Shown here one piece after another: positions 13,801-26,300 of a stretch of 64,000 nt of DNA. The position numbers and the translations under genes are program-made. How positions within the stretch are numbered: position 1 is the first letter of the stretch; every line of letters begins with the position of its first letter. Source of the stretch: Thalia democratica. Its lineage: Eukaryota. The notes beneath the pieces are model-generated. The model saw nothing but the letters and a program-made list of their open reading frames with translations, searched no databases and was not told the origin of the DNA. The stretch spans positions 29,822,001 through 29,886,000 of the forward strand of contig OZ241834.1 of the NCBI GenBank assembly GCA_965202585.1, in the 5' to 3' direction.

Positions 13801-16800
13801 TGTTGTAAAAGTTATATTGTGATTCCAACTAACACATTAAGTGACCAAACAAAGCTTTTTATTTTATTTAATAAGTACACTGACTAAAACAGTGACAAAG
13901 TCAACGCATACCAAGTTATGAAAAAAAACTTATTTTTTGATAATAAACACAAATTTTTAAATGAAACTCACGCAGTTAGTCACTTTGTTTACAAAAAATA
14001 TCAAGAGCTATAACAAAAATCAAGTTTTTAAAAAAGTTTCTTTTTTCTAAACTAATATTGAATTTAGAATCACAATTTTGAATCACAAAACACCAAGTAA
14101 TGTACAATATGTAGTTTCTAAATTTAGTTAAGTTTAAACTTTGAAGTATAAAAAAACTAATTGAACTAATTTCAATTAACTCACAGCAAACATAATATTT
14201 TCAACTTGTAGTAAATGCATATTCGATTCAACTAATTTCAACTAACTCACAGCAAACATAATATTTTCAACTTGTAGTAAATGCATATTCGATTCAACTA
14301 ATTTCAACTAACTCATGGCAAACATTATATTTTCAACTTGTAGTAAATGCATATTCGAATACTCTAGCATAAATTAATTTTCATTAATACATTTACACTA
14401 ATTTTCTTTTAATACTCACGCATTTGGTGAGCTTGTTCCACCACTGGTCGCACCTGGTCCACGGTAGCACGGACTGGAACGAAGCGAACAGGTAGTACAG
14501 GGACCACGCTATTATGACGTTGTAGTAGACGCACACGAAGAACGACACTATCACCATTCCAAACCCGATGCCTGCGTAAATAAGTATTATGACGTTATAA
14601 TTTAAATATTATGACGTTATAATTTAAATATTATGACGTTGTAGTAGACGCACACGAAGAACGACACTATCACCATTCCAAACCCGATGCCTATGCGTGG
14701 TTATAAGCACTTTTAGCCAAGTTTCAGTTATAGTGTTTTTTTATACATACAGTGATAATTATGTAAAAATTAAAGTCATAAGTAAAAAGTGGTTTTTGTG
14801 TACCAAACTAATTCTTTGCACAGTTATATGTTAAAAATTTTGACTTTTTTTAAGTAGTTCTTAATTAAATTTAAATATATTTTATAAGTTTTTTTCACAA
14901 TAACTTCTTGTGTGATTGAAAACTAAAGTTTAATTTTAATTTTTTTAACTCAGCTAACTTGTGGTTATACAAAAGTTTTTATACATAAAATGACAGTTTT
15001 AGAAAAATAAAAATCATAATTAAAAAAGGTGATAAGTATTGTTAACTAGCTTTATAACCTTATTTTTTAAGCTTGAACTTTTTCTGAAGTAGTTTAACTT
15101 CTATTAAGAGTCTCTTTTTCATACTGTTTTCGTTAAACTTGAACTATTTCTTACAATATATATTCTTTATTGCACGACAAAAAAAGTGTTCAAAATATCG
15201 GTCATAGGACCTGGTGCGCGAAGAACCTTTCGGTTATTGAGCCGCACACCACTCGATTACCTTTTAAAGTCTCGTCAAGGACAGTGTTATTTTAAACAAC
15301 ATCAAACCTTTCAGTACGGGAACGGCTCTCCACGCCGTGATGGGTCCGGCTCCGCAAAACTGACCGAAAGAGAGCTCCATGAAGAAGATTGGGATCCCGC
15401 AAATCAGCAACATGATCAGGTATGGGATCAAGAAGGCTCCTGAAAAAAAAGTTGGAATTTGTGGAAGTTGAAATATTAGTTTTACTTATTGGTGAATATG
15501 CTAAATATAAAAGTACACAAAGATAAAATCAGAAGTAGTTAAAACTTATTTTTCTACCTTATTGTGCCACATAGTGATATTTGAAAGCTACCGAAACAAC
15601 TTGTAAAGTTCAGAACTTTTTCGAATCTTTTTATGTTTGACTCAACAGTGCGTACAGAATTACCAAAATCAAACAGGGTCATAGTAGTTGTTTAAATTTA
15701 AAAAAACGTCAAATAAAATAAGTTTATGCCGAAATTAACTTTATTTCTTAAGTGTCATAACTTTATTTTATCTTAACAGAAAACTTACATCGAACAGCAA
15801 CTGAAACATGTTTTAAAATGAAAAAATAAAAAAAAGAACCTCCTCCGTTGTCGTAGGCGAGGTAGGGGAACCTCCACACGTTTCCCAACCCGACGCAGTA
15901 GCCGATGCACGAGAGGAGAAACTCAATCTGCGATCCCCACATCTCCCTCTCCTCCCCCTCCGATGACGTGTCTGTGACGTCATAATTGTAAAATGTTTGA
16001 TGCGAAAACAAAATAACAAACTTTATTACGACAAAGCTAATTTTAATAATTTTGTTGCGAAGTAGAAACCTTTTAAGTTTAAAATATTAAAACTTTTTGC
16101 AGTTTTTAAATGAGTTCACTATAGTCGTTTTAAACGTTTAAATAGTCAGTTAGTACATGTGAACTTTTAAATTTACACTTTTTTTAACATTGTATAAAGT
16201 AAAGTAATTTTCAATACAATTTTTAATATAATTTGAAAAAATAGATTTAAGTTTTTGATTTTCTATCTTGAAACAAATATTTTAAGAACTTTTCAAACGA
16301 AATACCTGAGGCATCTAATTTCTTACCCTTCTCCCCGGAAGTGACAGCAACCTGTTGAAAATAGTTTTATATCAAAATAAATTTTTATATCTAATTTTTA
16401 CAAGTTGAATAAAATTTATTTTTATTCAAATAAACCACTTTTTTTTTTGTTTTTATCAAGAAAACTTTGTAACTAATACCTATGCTTAAACGAAAAGTTA
16501 AATAACTTTTTCAACTCAATAAAATTTATGAGAAAAAATTTAAAATCTTTTTAACTTCTTACCATTGAATTAAATGTGGTTATACAAACTCATATGTTTA
16601 AACATATACTTTTGAAAAAATATAAATAAAGTAAGCTGAAAATAGCAACTACTTTATGTAACTTTGTATAGCTTATTATGATACATAATACTTATGACTC
16701 ATGTTTCTGTTTACTACTTGGCAAATTTTTTCTTATAAAAATTGTGATAGACAGTTGTTGTCTACTAAAAAATTAAGTTTTTATAAATAAGTTATAAATA

Positions 16801-18386
16801 GTTAAGTTTTACAGCAGTATGTTAGAACAAAAAAAATATTAACAAAAGAATAACGCCGTTTGGTTCATAAACTCTTGCTAAATATCAAACAATAAAAAAA
16901 TATGGATAGTCCTAAATTTAAGTATACTAACTTAATATTCTTATTCAATTAAAAGAACGTTTTATAAATAAACAATTTAAAATGAAAATACTATTGTTCT
17001 CGTGTTTTTTAGCTATGTATATTGACGAAGTTTAAACAAATTTAATTAATATTAAACATATTTAAACTTGGTTAGTTATCGTATTACACATTAAAAGAAT
17101 CTTAAAACTATAAAATCGTATAAATACTTATGTTAATACTTGTTACAATTACATACTAACTTAGTAATAAAAAGTTTTAAATCTTTTTTTTTTTTGGAAA
17201 CTATTTCAAAATATTATCATATTGTTTCTGGTTTTATTAATTTTTTGTTAGACAAGATGCGCCCAAAATAAAATGAGCTAAAGAACAAAAAAGTACTTTT
17301 AATAACTTTTATCTTGGTTTATACTCATTAGTTTTATTAATTACTGTAAAGTTTTATGGTTTACAAAATATTCAGTGGTACAAACAAATAAATTTGTTTG
17401 CAAAATACTTTCAATTTAGTTTTTATTTTTTAACATTCTTAAAAGAACCACTTAACATAAACACAGAAAAAACACAGCATACACGCTTTAGGCTTTTTAA
17501 GGCGTGCTGTTTTCAAAAAAATATTTTTACTTAAGTTTTTTATTTCAGACTTCGCTTTTATTATTTCCAATATCTTAGTAAAGCCTTGTTTGAACAAAAC
17601 GTATTTATATAAAGTTTGTAAAATAAATTTATATGTATAGACTAAAAAAACCAAATTTTTTTGTTAGAATTAAAAAAAAAAAATTTCTTAATTAACTTGG
17701 CTCCCACTAAGTCATACACCAAAAGTATTTTATCTCTAAAACTTGTAATCACTTATTTTCCAATGTTGTTGACATTGCACAGAATATACTAACAAATATG
17801 TGAGCAATTATGTTAATTTTATAGTCAACCTAAATAACTAATAAGTATGTAAGCAAATCAAGAAAAATTCTAAAACTCAATTAAACTAAGATTTTTTTGT
17901 TACTCATACCTTTATTTTTTTGGTAAACTAGTTTTGTTGTAAGCAATAGTTTATCATATTCTAATTTTTTATACTTGTGTACAGTCATTTTCCAAAGTTC
18001 TTTATTTGTTAGAATTTTAAAAATTACACTACTTAAACAAGTGTACTATAAAGAGTTTAAAAACCAAAACCTTTTGAAGCAGCAAATTTAGTAAAAAGTA
18101 TTACATAAGTTAAATACGAAAAAATAAAATTAAGTTCGCAATGTTTTAAGTTTTATAAATTTTCAATAAATAATTTCAAACTAATAAATAATAGCATTTT
18201 TGACTACTATATATACTTTCAAAAAAGTTTACTGTTAGTAATACCTGACAAACAGTAGATTGAAAATAGACCAGAATTAATTCAATATACAAATTTGACT
18301 AATGTTTACGATAAAAAAGATTTTAATTGAAATATGGTTGAAAATAATAAAAATATACTTACTTCTTGTGCGACTTTTTCATGCAT
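7813..18386 (-). CDS. SLC6A7-like: SLC6 Na+/Cl- dependent amino-acid transporter, SLC6A7 (proline transporter)-like, 616 aa, 16 coding exons
   Basis: Exons: 18386-18363, 16351-16327, 15971-15840, 15439-15308, 14571-14420, 13134-13073, 12866-12728, 12306-12172, 11944-11841, 11724-11600, 10894-10782, 10554-10423, 10145-10046, 9277-9162, 8624-8448, 7995-7813. All introns GT-AG, phases consistent, total 1851 nt. Motifs: [87 protein letters not shown]1 has G where monoamine transporters have D, so it is an amino-acid type; SCIGYCVG and the short EL2 resemble PROT. Orthology not tested; the first two micro-exons are the least certain. Confidence 0.93.
14164..14358. repeat. Intronic minisatellite, 66-nt unit x ~3
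   Basis: aactaatttcaa(c/t)taactcacagcaaacataatattttcaacttgtagtaaatgcatattcgattc starts at 14164, 14230 and 14296. Confidence 0.9.
14585..14692 (-). repeat. Exact 64-nt duplicate of the 5' end of SLC6 exon 5 plus a 22-nt tandem repeat, in the upstream intron
   Basis: 14629-14692 is identical to 14510-14573. tattatgacgttataatttaaa repeats at 14585-14606 and 14607-14628. Confidence 0.92.
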
Positions 18387-20377
18387 TTTGCTTAAATTTT
18401 TATTCAATTTAAATAACTCGTTATAATTGCTGTAATAGATTTTTAGTTAACAGCAGTTTAAACTCACAACAAAGCTTATGAAAAAGAGAAACCTATAACT
18501 ATTCATAATAATATGATATAAAAAATACTACGAAAAGTTAAATATATCTATCAAAAAATAACAGTTCTTTGACAATTGCATAACTTTAAATATCTATCTT
18601 TAGTTTTTTTTTCTATTATTTGATGTATTTTTGTAATGTTTACGGCTAAAATGTATCAGTAAATGTTCTTAGAGTATTTAAAGTTAAACTTAATATTTGC
18701 TCATTTCTATAATTATTTTAAATTTGTTTTTACATTAAGTTATACCTTATTTTAACCTAGGTTTTTTTTTTCTATTACACTTAAAAAACTAGAAACTTAT
18801 AGCTAATCTGAAAAAAATTTTAATTTTCTTATACAGCCTAGTACAATGAAAACAACAGCAGACCTTGTAAACGTAATTCTGACTAAGTAAGTTAAATTTA
18901 TGGTTTTAAGTGTAAGTTATTATCTAAAAAAAACTAAAGTGCATAACTGTTACAAAGCTTTTCTGGTAGAATGACAAGTATAAGATTTATTTCTTAAACA
19001 TAGTAGTTTGTAGAAGTTTTTTGAAATATAAACATGTATGGTTTACGGTATAAACCGCCGAAAAAAAAAACTTACAATCTTTATAGCTCGTAAAAGCTAG
19101 GCGTAATTTCTTAAACTTTTTGGTAACCCACTTAATAATCTCACGTTTTATAGTTTATTCTTTAGATTAGTTTTATTTATAACTTTTTTTTAAAACATTG
19201 AGAAATACCAAAAATCTTCTGATTTACAAAAACATATTAGTTGTACTTTTTAACTTATTTCAAGTTGTTATCTCTATTGAAACTTTTAAAAGTTTTTCAA
19301 TGCTACTTCAAGCACTACGTTGTGTTGACAATAAAAAATTGTTTTTGTTAAACTTTTAAATAAGAATTGTTAAGTTGTCGTATTTTCAACGCCTTTTTTC
19401 TCTCATTTCAACTTTATTTTTATTTAATTTGCTCACTGCCTTAAACGTGTTGTAGAGACTTTTTTCTTTTTATTATTTTTTCTTTAGAATATCTTATTCA
19501 AAAAATAATGCAGTAAATGTGGAAACTTTTATTTAAATAAAATCTTTAACAGACAATAGAATAAAACATTTTACATTTTATAAGCTCCAGAAAATGATTG
19601 AAAAGTTTAAAACTGTTAACCTTAATTTTCAAGTGATAAAATAACAAGTTAGTTTAACCTAAATCTAATTTCTTTTACTATATCTTAAACACTAACAAAT
19701 AATATAAAACTTTTCCTTCCCTTTTATTACAATAAATCGTAGTCTAAATCGTATTTTATTTATAAATAAAAACCTTTTTACTTAATAAAATTTAAATAAA
19801 TCATGACTGATAAAAACAATCAACAAATACTATAACGCTGACATAAAAAAATGTTATGATTTTAGCGAGCAAAAAAATGCACAAAATTGTTAAAAAAACG
19901 GAAGCTCAAAAAACTTAAAAAGTAGAAAAGTGTCGCGACAGAAATGTTAACTCAAACAACACTTGAACTTTTCGTATATGACGCTATATTTAATTTTGTT
20001 TACAAAAAGTTTGCGAACAAATATGCTGAATGAATATAAATAAAATAAAACAATAAAACAAAAATGCTTCTTTTGAAAGTTCTCCGCGGGACAACCATTG
20101 TTTGCCGCTGGCTTAATTTTTGGAAGTTTTTCACAAGTTTCTTGTAGTTTTTGTGAATTCTTGGGAAAGTTTTTGTTTACAATTTAAAAGCTTCTACTTC
20201 CATTCTCCTGAACTGAAAAGTATTAAGAATATTAGAAATTGGACAAAAAACTATAAAACTTTACACAACTAGACTTAAAAGAAGCAAAAATATAAAACAA
20301 ATTTTCAATTGCTAATAAATATTTATACTTTAATGTATTAAGTATAGCACAATTGTATAAAAAAAACTGTAAAGGTG

Positions 20378-23300
20378 TTAAATTTCATACTTTAGTAGTA
20401 AATAGTCTCTCATGAAGGAGGGCAGAAAAGTAAAGTTCGAAATATATTTCAGTCTTTTTCTACCTAAAACACTCCTGATCTTGATTCTACACAGCTGTGT
20501 CAGCTTTAACGGGTTTTCTGTAGAAGATTTGGGTTTAAAAAATAATTTACATTGTTACATTGATTTCGTATCCATTTGAAAATTTTATTAAATTAAAATT
20601 ACAATCATTAAAATACATCGTAAACGTAGGTTGACTAAAAGGTTGTTATAGCATTAAAGTTTTTGTTTTATTTTTTTCATAAAAACTTTGAAACAAAACA
20701 GTTATGTTAAGAATATGTTCGTAATAAAAGTTTAATTGCACATTTTTCTCAGGAAATTCGAACATAAAAAAACTTTAATTACTATAGGAAATAAATGCTT
20801 TTAGAAAAGAGTAACTAATGTTTTTTTAGTGGAAACTTTAATTAAATAATTTGAAATGAGAAATAAGCATAGTTAAGTAAGCACAGGTTGACTTTTTATA
20901 ACAATAATTTTTCATAAAGTTAAGCAAAATGTTAAAGAACTTGATTGTTGTTATTATAAGTTTAAAAAACTTCGTCGTAATTCTTTGATTATGTTTATAG
21001 TAGACTTTTAATTAGGTGATACATCGAAAAAATTCTTACAGTCTAAACTTTTATTCAATTAAGAAACCTCATGTTTTAAATTTAGGAGTAATTAATAAAA
21101 TACTTTCTCATAACAAAAGTTTTTTTTTCTTATTTATGTTGCTTTTATTATGAATATCTACTTTGTGCTTGTTTCTAATTACGAAACTTTCTCAATTATG
21201 AACCTCTTCATCAAAATATATTTTTGAGAAAGAAAGTAATTGCTATTAAAATTTTCATAATTAAAAACAAGCACAGTATTATTAGTCATAGCAAAAACCA
21301 CAAAAGTAAAAAAAAAACTTTTGTTATGAGAAAGCACTTTAGTAATTACTCTTAAATTAAAAATATGAGGTTTTATATTTTAATAATGAAAGTTCAGAAT
21401 ATTAGGCGAAAACCACAAAAGTAAGAAAAAAAAACTTCTCAAAAACCGTAAGCTTTATGTATACAAAAAATAAAAATAATGAGAAACCATCAAGTCGCGT
21501 TATGACGTCACAGACGCAAACTCGCCTGACCTAGCTGTTGCCGCAAGTAGCCCAAGCAGCGACTTCTGTCTCCCGTCACGTGACTCAGTCCTTCCTTTGT
21601 GACGTCACACCGGTTTTGAACAAGACCGCCGCACGTCACAAACAGCTTGGCGTAGTTGACGTGGGTCGCGTACTTTAGCAGGGTGGTCGCGATTTGCAGG
21701 TCACTTTTCTGGTTGCCTTGGACTCTGAGGTCGGCGCCAGCCTTGATGATGGTTTTGAAGCACTCGAAGTGGTCGTAAACTGTTGGAAGAGTTTTTATAT
21801 TTTGAATAAATAAAGCTTTAGCCAATGACATTTAAAACTTTTTTTTGCTATAAAGGAGTAAAAATTTTACTTGTTTGTTTTAAAAACAATTAAATAATTT
21901 TAAAAAAAGTAAAAACTAAAGTTTTATAAATTATAGATTTATTAAAATACTGTTTTTTTTTGCAGCTAGTTTTGATGTGCATTCAACAGTGCCAAGTTTT
22001 TAAATACTCACAACTCTACATACTGTAGTCATTCTTTTAACAAAGATTTTTGTATGAAATATTTAAAAGGTGATCAAAGTATTAGTTTCATCATAAACAT
22101 AATCACTACTAAAAGTGATTGTTTAATTAAAAACTAAACACTGGTCATTGTGTTAGATAACTTATTTATTTTTGAATTTGAGCGATAAACTTTAAACTTG
22201 TTTTAGAATTCGGATTACTTCAAAAAAAAAATTCCTGTAATTGATTAGAAAACTTAAAAGATGTTAAAACGTTTGAGAAAGCCTGTAATGTGTTTTTTGA
22301 GCTCGTAGCACAAAAGGAAACTAAAACTTTGTAGAACTTGATTAAACTGAAATTTCAAGAGCACTTAACACCACTCAAGGTTAAATACACCTGCGGAGTA
22401 CATTTTATGCGGGAGAAATGTATGTGTTTGTATGTGCTTATTCTCATGTTAACACCGTGTTTTGGACTGCCTTTTAAATATTTTTTTAGCAAACCTTTTT
22501 TTAAATTGATTTTTGAGTTCAATCTTTTTACGAATGTATATTAATTAAGTACATAAAAAGTGAAAAAAATATGTTTATGATAAAATAAAACCTCTTAACA
22601 ATGTTTTTTTTAGAAGCTGCTAAAAAAAAAAAACTTTCAAAACTATTAAAAAAAACAGCAAAAAGTAGAAAGTGCTAAAAACCTCCCTCAGCACATAAGT
22701 AAATGATTTATTATAAAACTTAAACTTTTTTAAACAAAATACCTAAGCACATGTGCAGAGGTCTGACGCTCCTCGCCAAACCAACTTGCGCTTCCCTTCC
22801 GTCCACATTCGCGCTATATTCAACCAATAACTTCACGATATCCACAAAGTCCTCCCTTATGGCGACGTGCAGCGGCGAGGAAAGGTTTTCAACCGACCCG
22901 TCGGGATCGGCTCCCGATTGGAGGAGGACATTCACGGCTTCTAATTGGTTGGATTTGACGGCTGCGAACAACGGGGTCTGGCCTTTCACGTCTGACGCTT
23001 CTAAACTGTTTGGAAAATTTTGAAAGTTTAGATGATTTGAAATAAGCTTGTTTTATGTTTAGTTTATTTGTTTAAAAAGTTTTGTTCGAGCTATTAGTTT
23101 TTTTTATTTCTTTTTTAAAGTTCATGCACAAAATTTAAAGTAATACTATTAAGCGTTGTTAAATTTTACGAAGGTTTGAGATATCTGAGGTCTTTTCAAA
23201 GAATGTTTATAAAATTTTTGAACACTGCTTACAAATTATACTGGAAATGTTTAGAAAAATGTAAAACAACAAATGATGAAAGTTTACTTTCACCATTTGT

Positions 23301-26300
23301 TCATAAAAGTATAAATGAAAGTTATTTACGGATCGTTATCAATGAACGAGCTAGACAAATATTTCATAGAAGAAATACTTGTAAGCTTAAGTGTTTTATG
23401 AAAATAAAAATTAATGAAAGTTTTTTTTTCATCTTTTCGTTGAACGTTAACAAAGATATAAATGAAAGTGATTTACGGATTGTTATCAATGAACAAACAA
23501 GACAAAATTTTATAGAAGAAATAATTGTAAGCTTCAGTGCTTTATAAACTTACAGATAAGAGCTTAATTTCTACGATTGTCTAAAAAACATGTTGTTGAG
23601 TAATAAATAAATTACTTCTAAGTAAAAAAATAAATGAATCTTAATTAAATTCATTAACGCATTAACCTTAAAAATGTTGAATAAATAAATGTTGTATAAA
23701 AAAGCTAGTAATTTTTTAAAACCAACTGTTTTTAAAATGATGTATGCCGAATATAAAGCATTGAATATTTAGGTACAGCGCATTTTTTATCGAGTTCTAA
23801 TGTTCGAACCTAGTTGCTATTTAAAAACTAGCTTATAGTGTAAGAATTAATTCTTAGAAGTATTCAGACCAGGTACAAATTAAAAGTTATCCAATTTAAA
23901 ATACATAGATACAACAAAACGCATATTTAAAAGAAAAATGTGTATATGTTCATACAAATTTTAAATAACAAATTTGTACTAGGTACAGACTTCGAATATC
24001 GAAAAACAAATAACTACAAAGTATACAAAGTGATCGTCTCATACCCTATCTTATAAACAAGGTTTTTAAAAGTTTATTTTAATTCATAAAAACAATGTAA
24101 TGTTTACAATAACTTCTCAAAAGTTTTAAGGCTTAAATAAGTTTTTGTTTAAATTTTATCTTTTAGTCAAAATTTTGATAGAGGAATAAAGATAAAAGCA
24201 ACATATATACTTGATGTCTTAATCTAAATTAATTCTGTATTCGATTTTTTTATTTAATAAGTAAAAGAAAACTTTGAAACTGTACAAAACGAGCTAATTC
24301 AATGCGTTTTGTATTCAAATACACGCTTGTTTTTGAATATTTAGAAAAATAAAAAATATTTGCAAACCGTAAAGCTTCCCAGTGTTTGCCGTAAACTTTA
24401 CACCTTTTTGTTTTTATGATTGATGACAAGAATGTAAGGCAAAAGTTTTCTGTGAATTTAAACGAAATGCCCGCATACAAAAGTTTTCCATTGTTATGGT
24501 GATTTATTTTATAGTACTTTGTTAACCTTGAAATATATTTTCTCTGCTTTCAACAAGGGTGGGTCAGTCTATACATTTTTACGTAAGTATTGTGCTGTTT
24601 ATTTCCGTTGTGTTGTTTTTTGTTCGTTTATAATACTGTTTCGCAAATGTTTTAAATTTCGCAATACTTTAGTTAGGAAACGCTAATAAATTTCTAATTA
24701 AAGGCATTTTTGTTTTGTTTATGAAATATTTTGAGTTGAAATTAATCGCAGTTTGTTTCCGTTTTTACCAAATTTTTTGGAAGCAGGTTAAATTGTTTTT
24801 TTTTGTCAAAATAAAAAATGTTTTGAACTAAGTGTTTAAAAGTAAAATATAAGTACCGCAGTCAAATAAAAATTTTGGTAGTTGATAAAAAATTTCCAAA
24901 TTTACTACAGACTTAAAATCTAAAATTTGAATTTTTAGATAACTATTTAAACTAAAAAAGGCATTGAAATATATGTTTATGTGTTTTTTATTTTGTTTTA
25001 CATAATTGCTTAATACGACTCTTCTTTAAGAGTATTAAAACAAGTTAATTGAAAATAAGTACTGAAGTTTAAGTAACACTATGCATTAGAAAAAAAAAGT
25101 TTTTAGTTTTCTACAATAAAAGTTCCAATTATAAAAATGTTTTTCTGCTCATAAAGCGTTGATTTATGTTTGATAAATGTACTTTGATTGATTTTGTAAT
25201 TATTTAAGAAAAAACCTCTAGGAAAACTTTCATAACTGTCTCTAATTGGGTATAATCACCTTAATTTGATCAGTTTGTAGCTAAACTCTTTGTAGATTTA
25301 TATTGTACTTTTGTACACAGTCTGCATAAAAATATTATAGATTATTTTATAATTTAGAGCTGATTACGTTACAGCGTTTAACTAAGTCTTAGTAGACTGC
25401 TATCTCTAAAATAAGCTTTGGTAAAAAGCAAAAAATACTACTGGCTTAAAGTAATTTTTAAGTAAGTATCGTTGCGAGACTGTGGAAATCCATTTGGTAG
25501 TAAGTTCTTAAAATATTTTTATAGAATACATGACTTTCTTGAAAATATTATATATTGTTTTTTTTACAGAAATTTTTTTTAAAGAAAGCTTATTGTTCAA
25601 ATAGCCTATTTTTACTGCTTAGGTTCGGTTGACCCGAATTTGCAAAAGTGAAACTATTTGCAAAATCACGGCAACAGATTACTTAACACAAAATGGGTTT
25701 TTAAGCACGAAGTAGCATCAATTAAGCAGATAAGAATTCGTTGCGAAATTGTTTGGAAACTTTGCAGACGTAAGCTGCATCTTTTCAGCAAGTCTACAAA
25801 AATATTATTATTGATGTTGCCTCCCTAGCATGACATTCACAGTTGTTAAGTTTTTAAGGGTTAATTTGAGCTGTAAAAACAATTTGAACAATAGCATGAC
25901 TATGGAGTATTTATTGTTGGACTTTACACCTAGTTTTTGTCTTTAGGTGTAATTCATTTAAGTTTATCAAAATATTTAAGATTATTTTTTTAAATTGTTT
26001 AATGATTTATTTTATGCATAAAACCACAAGTTTAAAGTAAGCATGAGTATGTGAATTTTGTGAAACATAAAGTTTTTTTTAAATCTCATTGCATACACTA
26101 AGTTACATATCAGTAAAAGTACAATTTATTTCCTTTGACATTAAACAGTACAATAAATCAGTTTTGTGTTCATTTATTGCTAAGATTATTACTAAACCTA
26201 AAAATGATTAATTAACTAGGACTAAAAAGTTTTGACCTAAGTACGTGTTAATTAATTTTTTTTAAAGAGGTAAATAAACACTTGCACAAAAACCCGACTT

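Noticed and set aside
20060-20215. GC-richer patch with acceptor-like ttttcag on the minus strand
   Set aside because: Stops in all frames soon after the AG; most likely ASB 3' UTR or SLC6 upstream sequence.
21508-21530. Apparent ASB C-terminus GQASLRL* in the ORF track
   Set aside because: Intronic read-through. The donor at 21531 splices to the SOCS-box exon at 20517.
23176-23547. 123-aa ORF on the + strand
   Set aside because: AT-rich, overlaps a 147-nt-period repeat inside an ASB intron, no splice or domain support.
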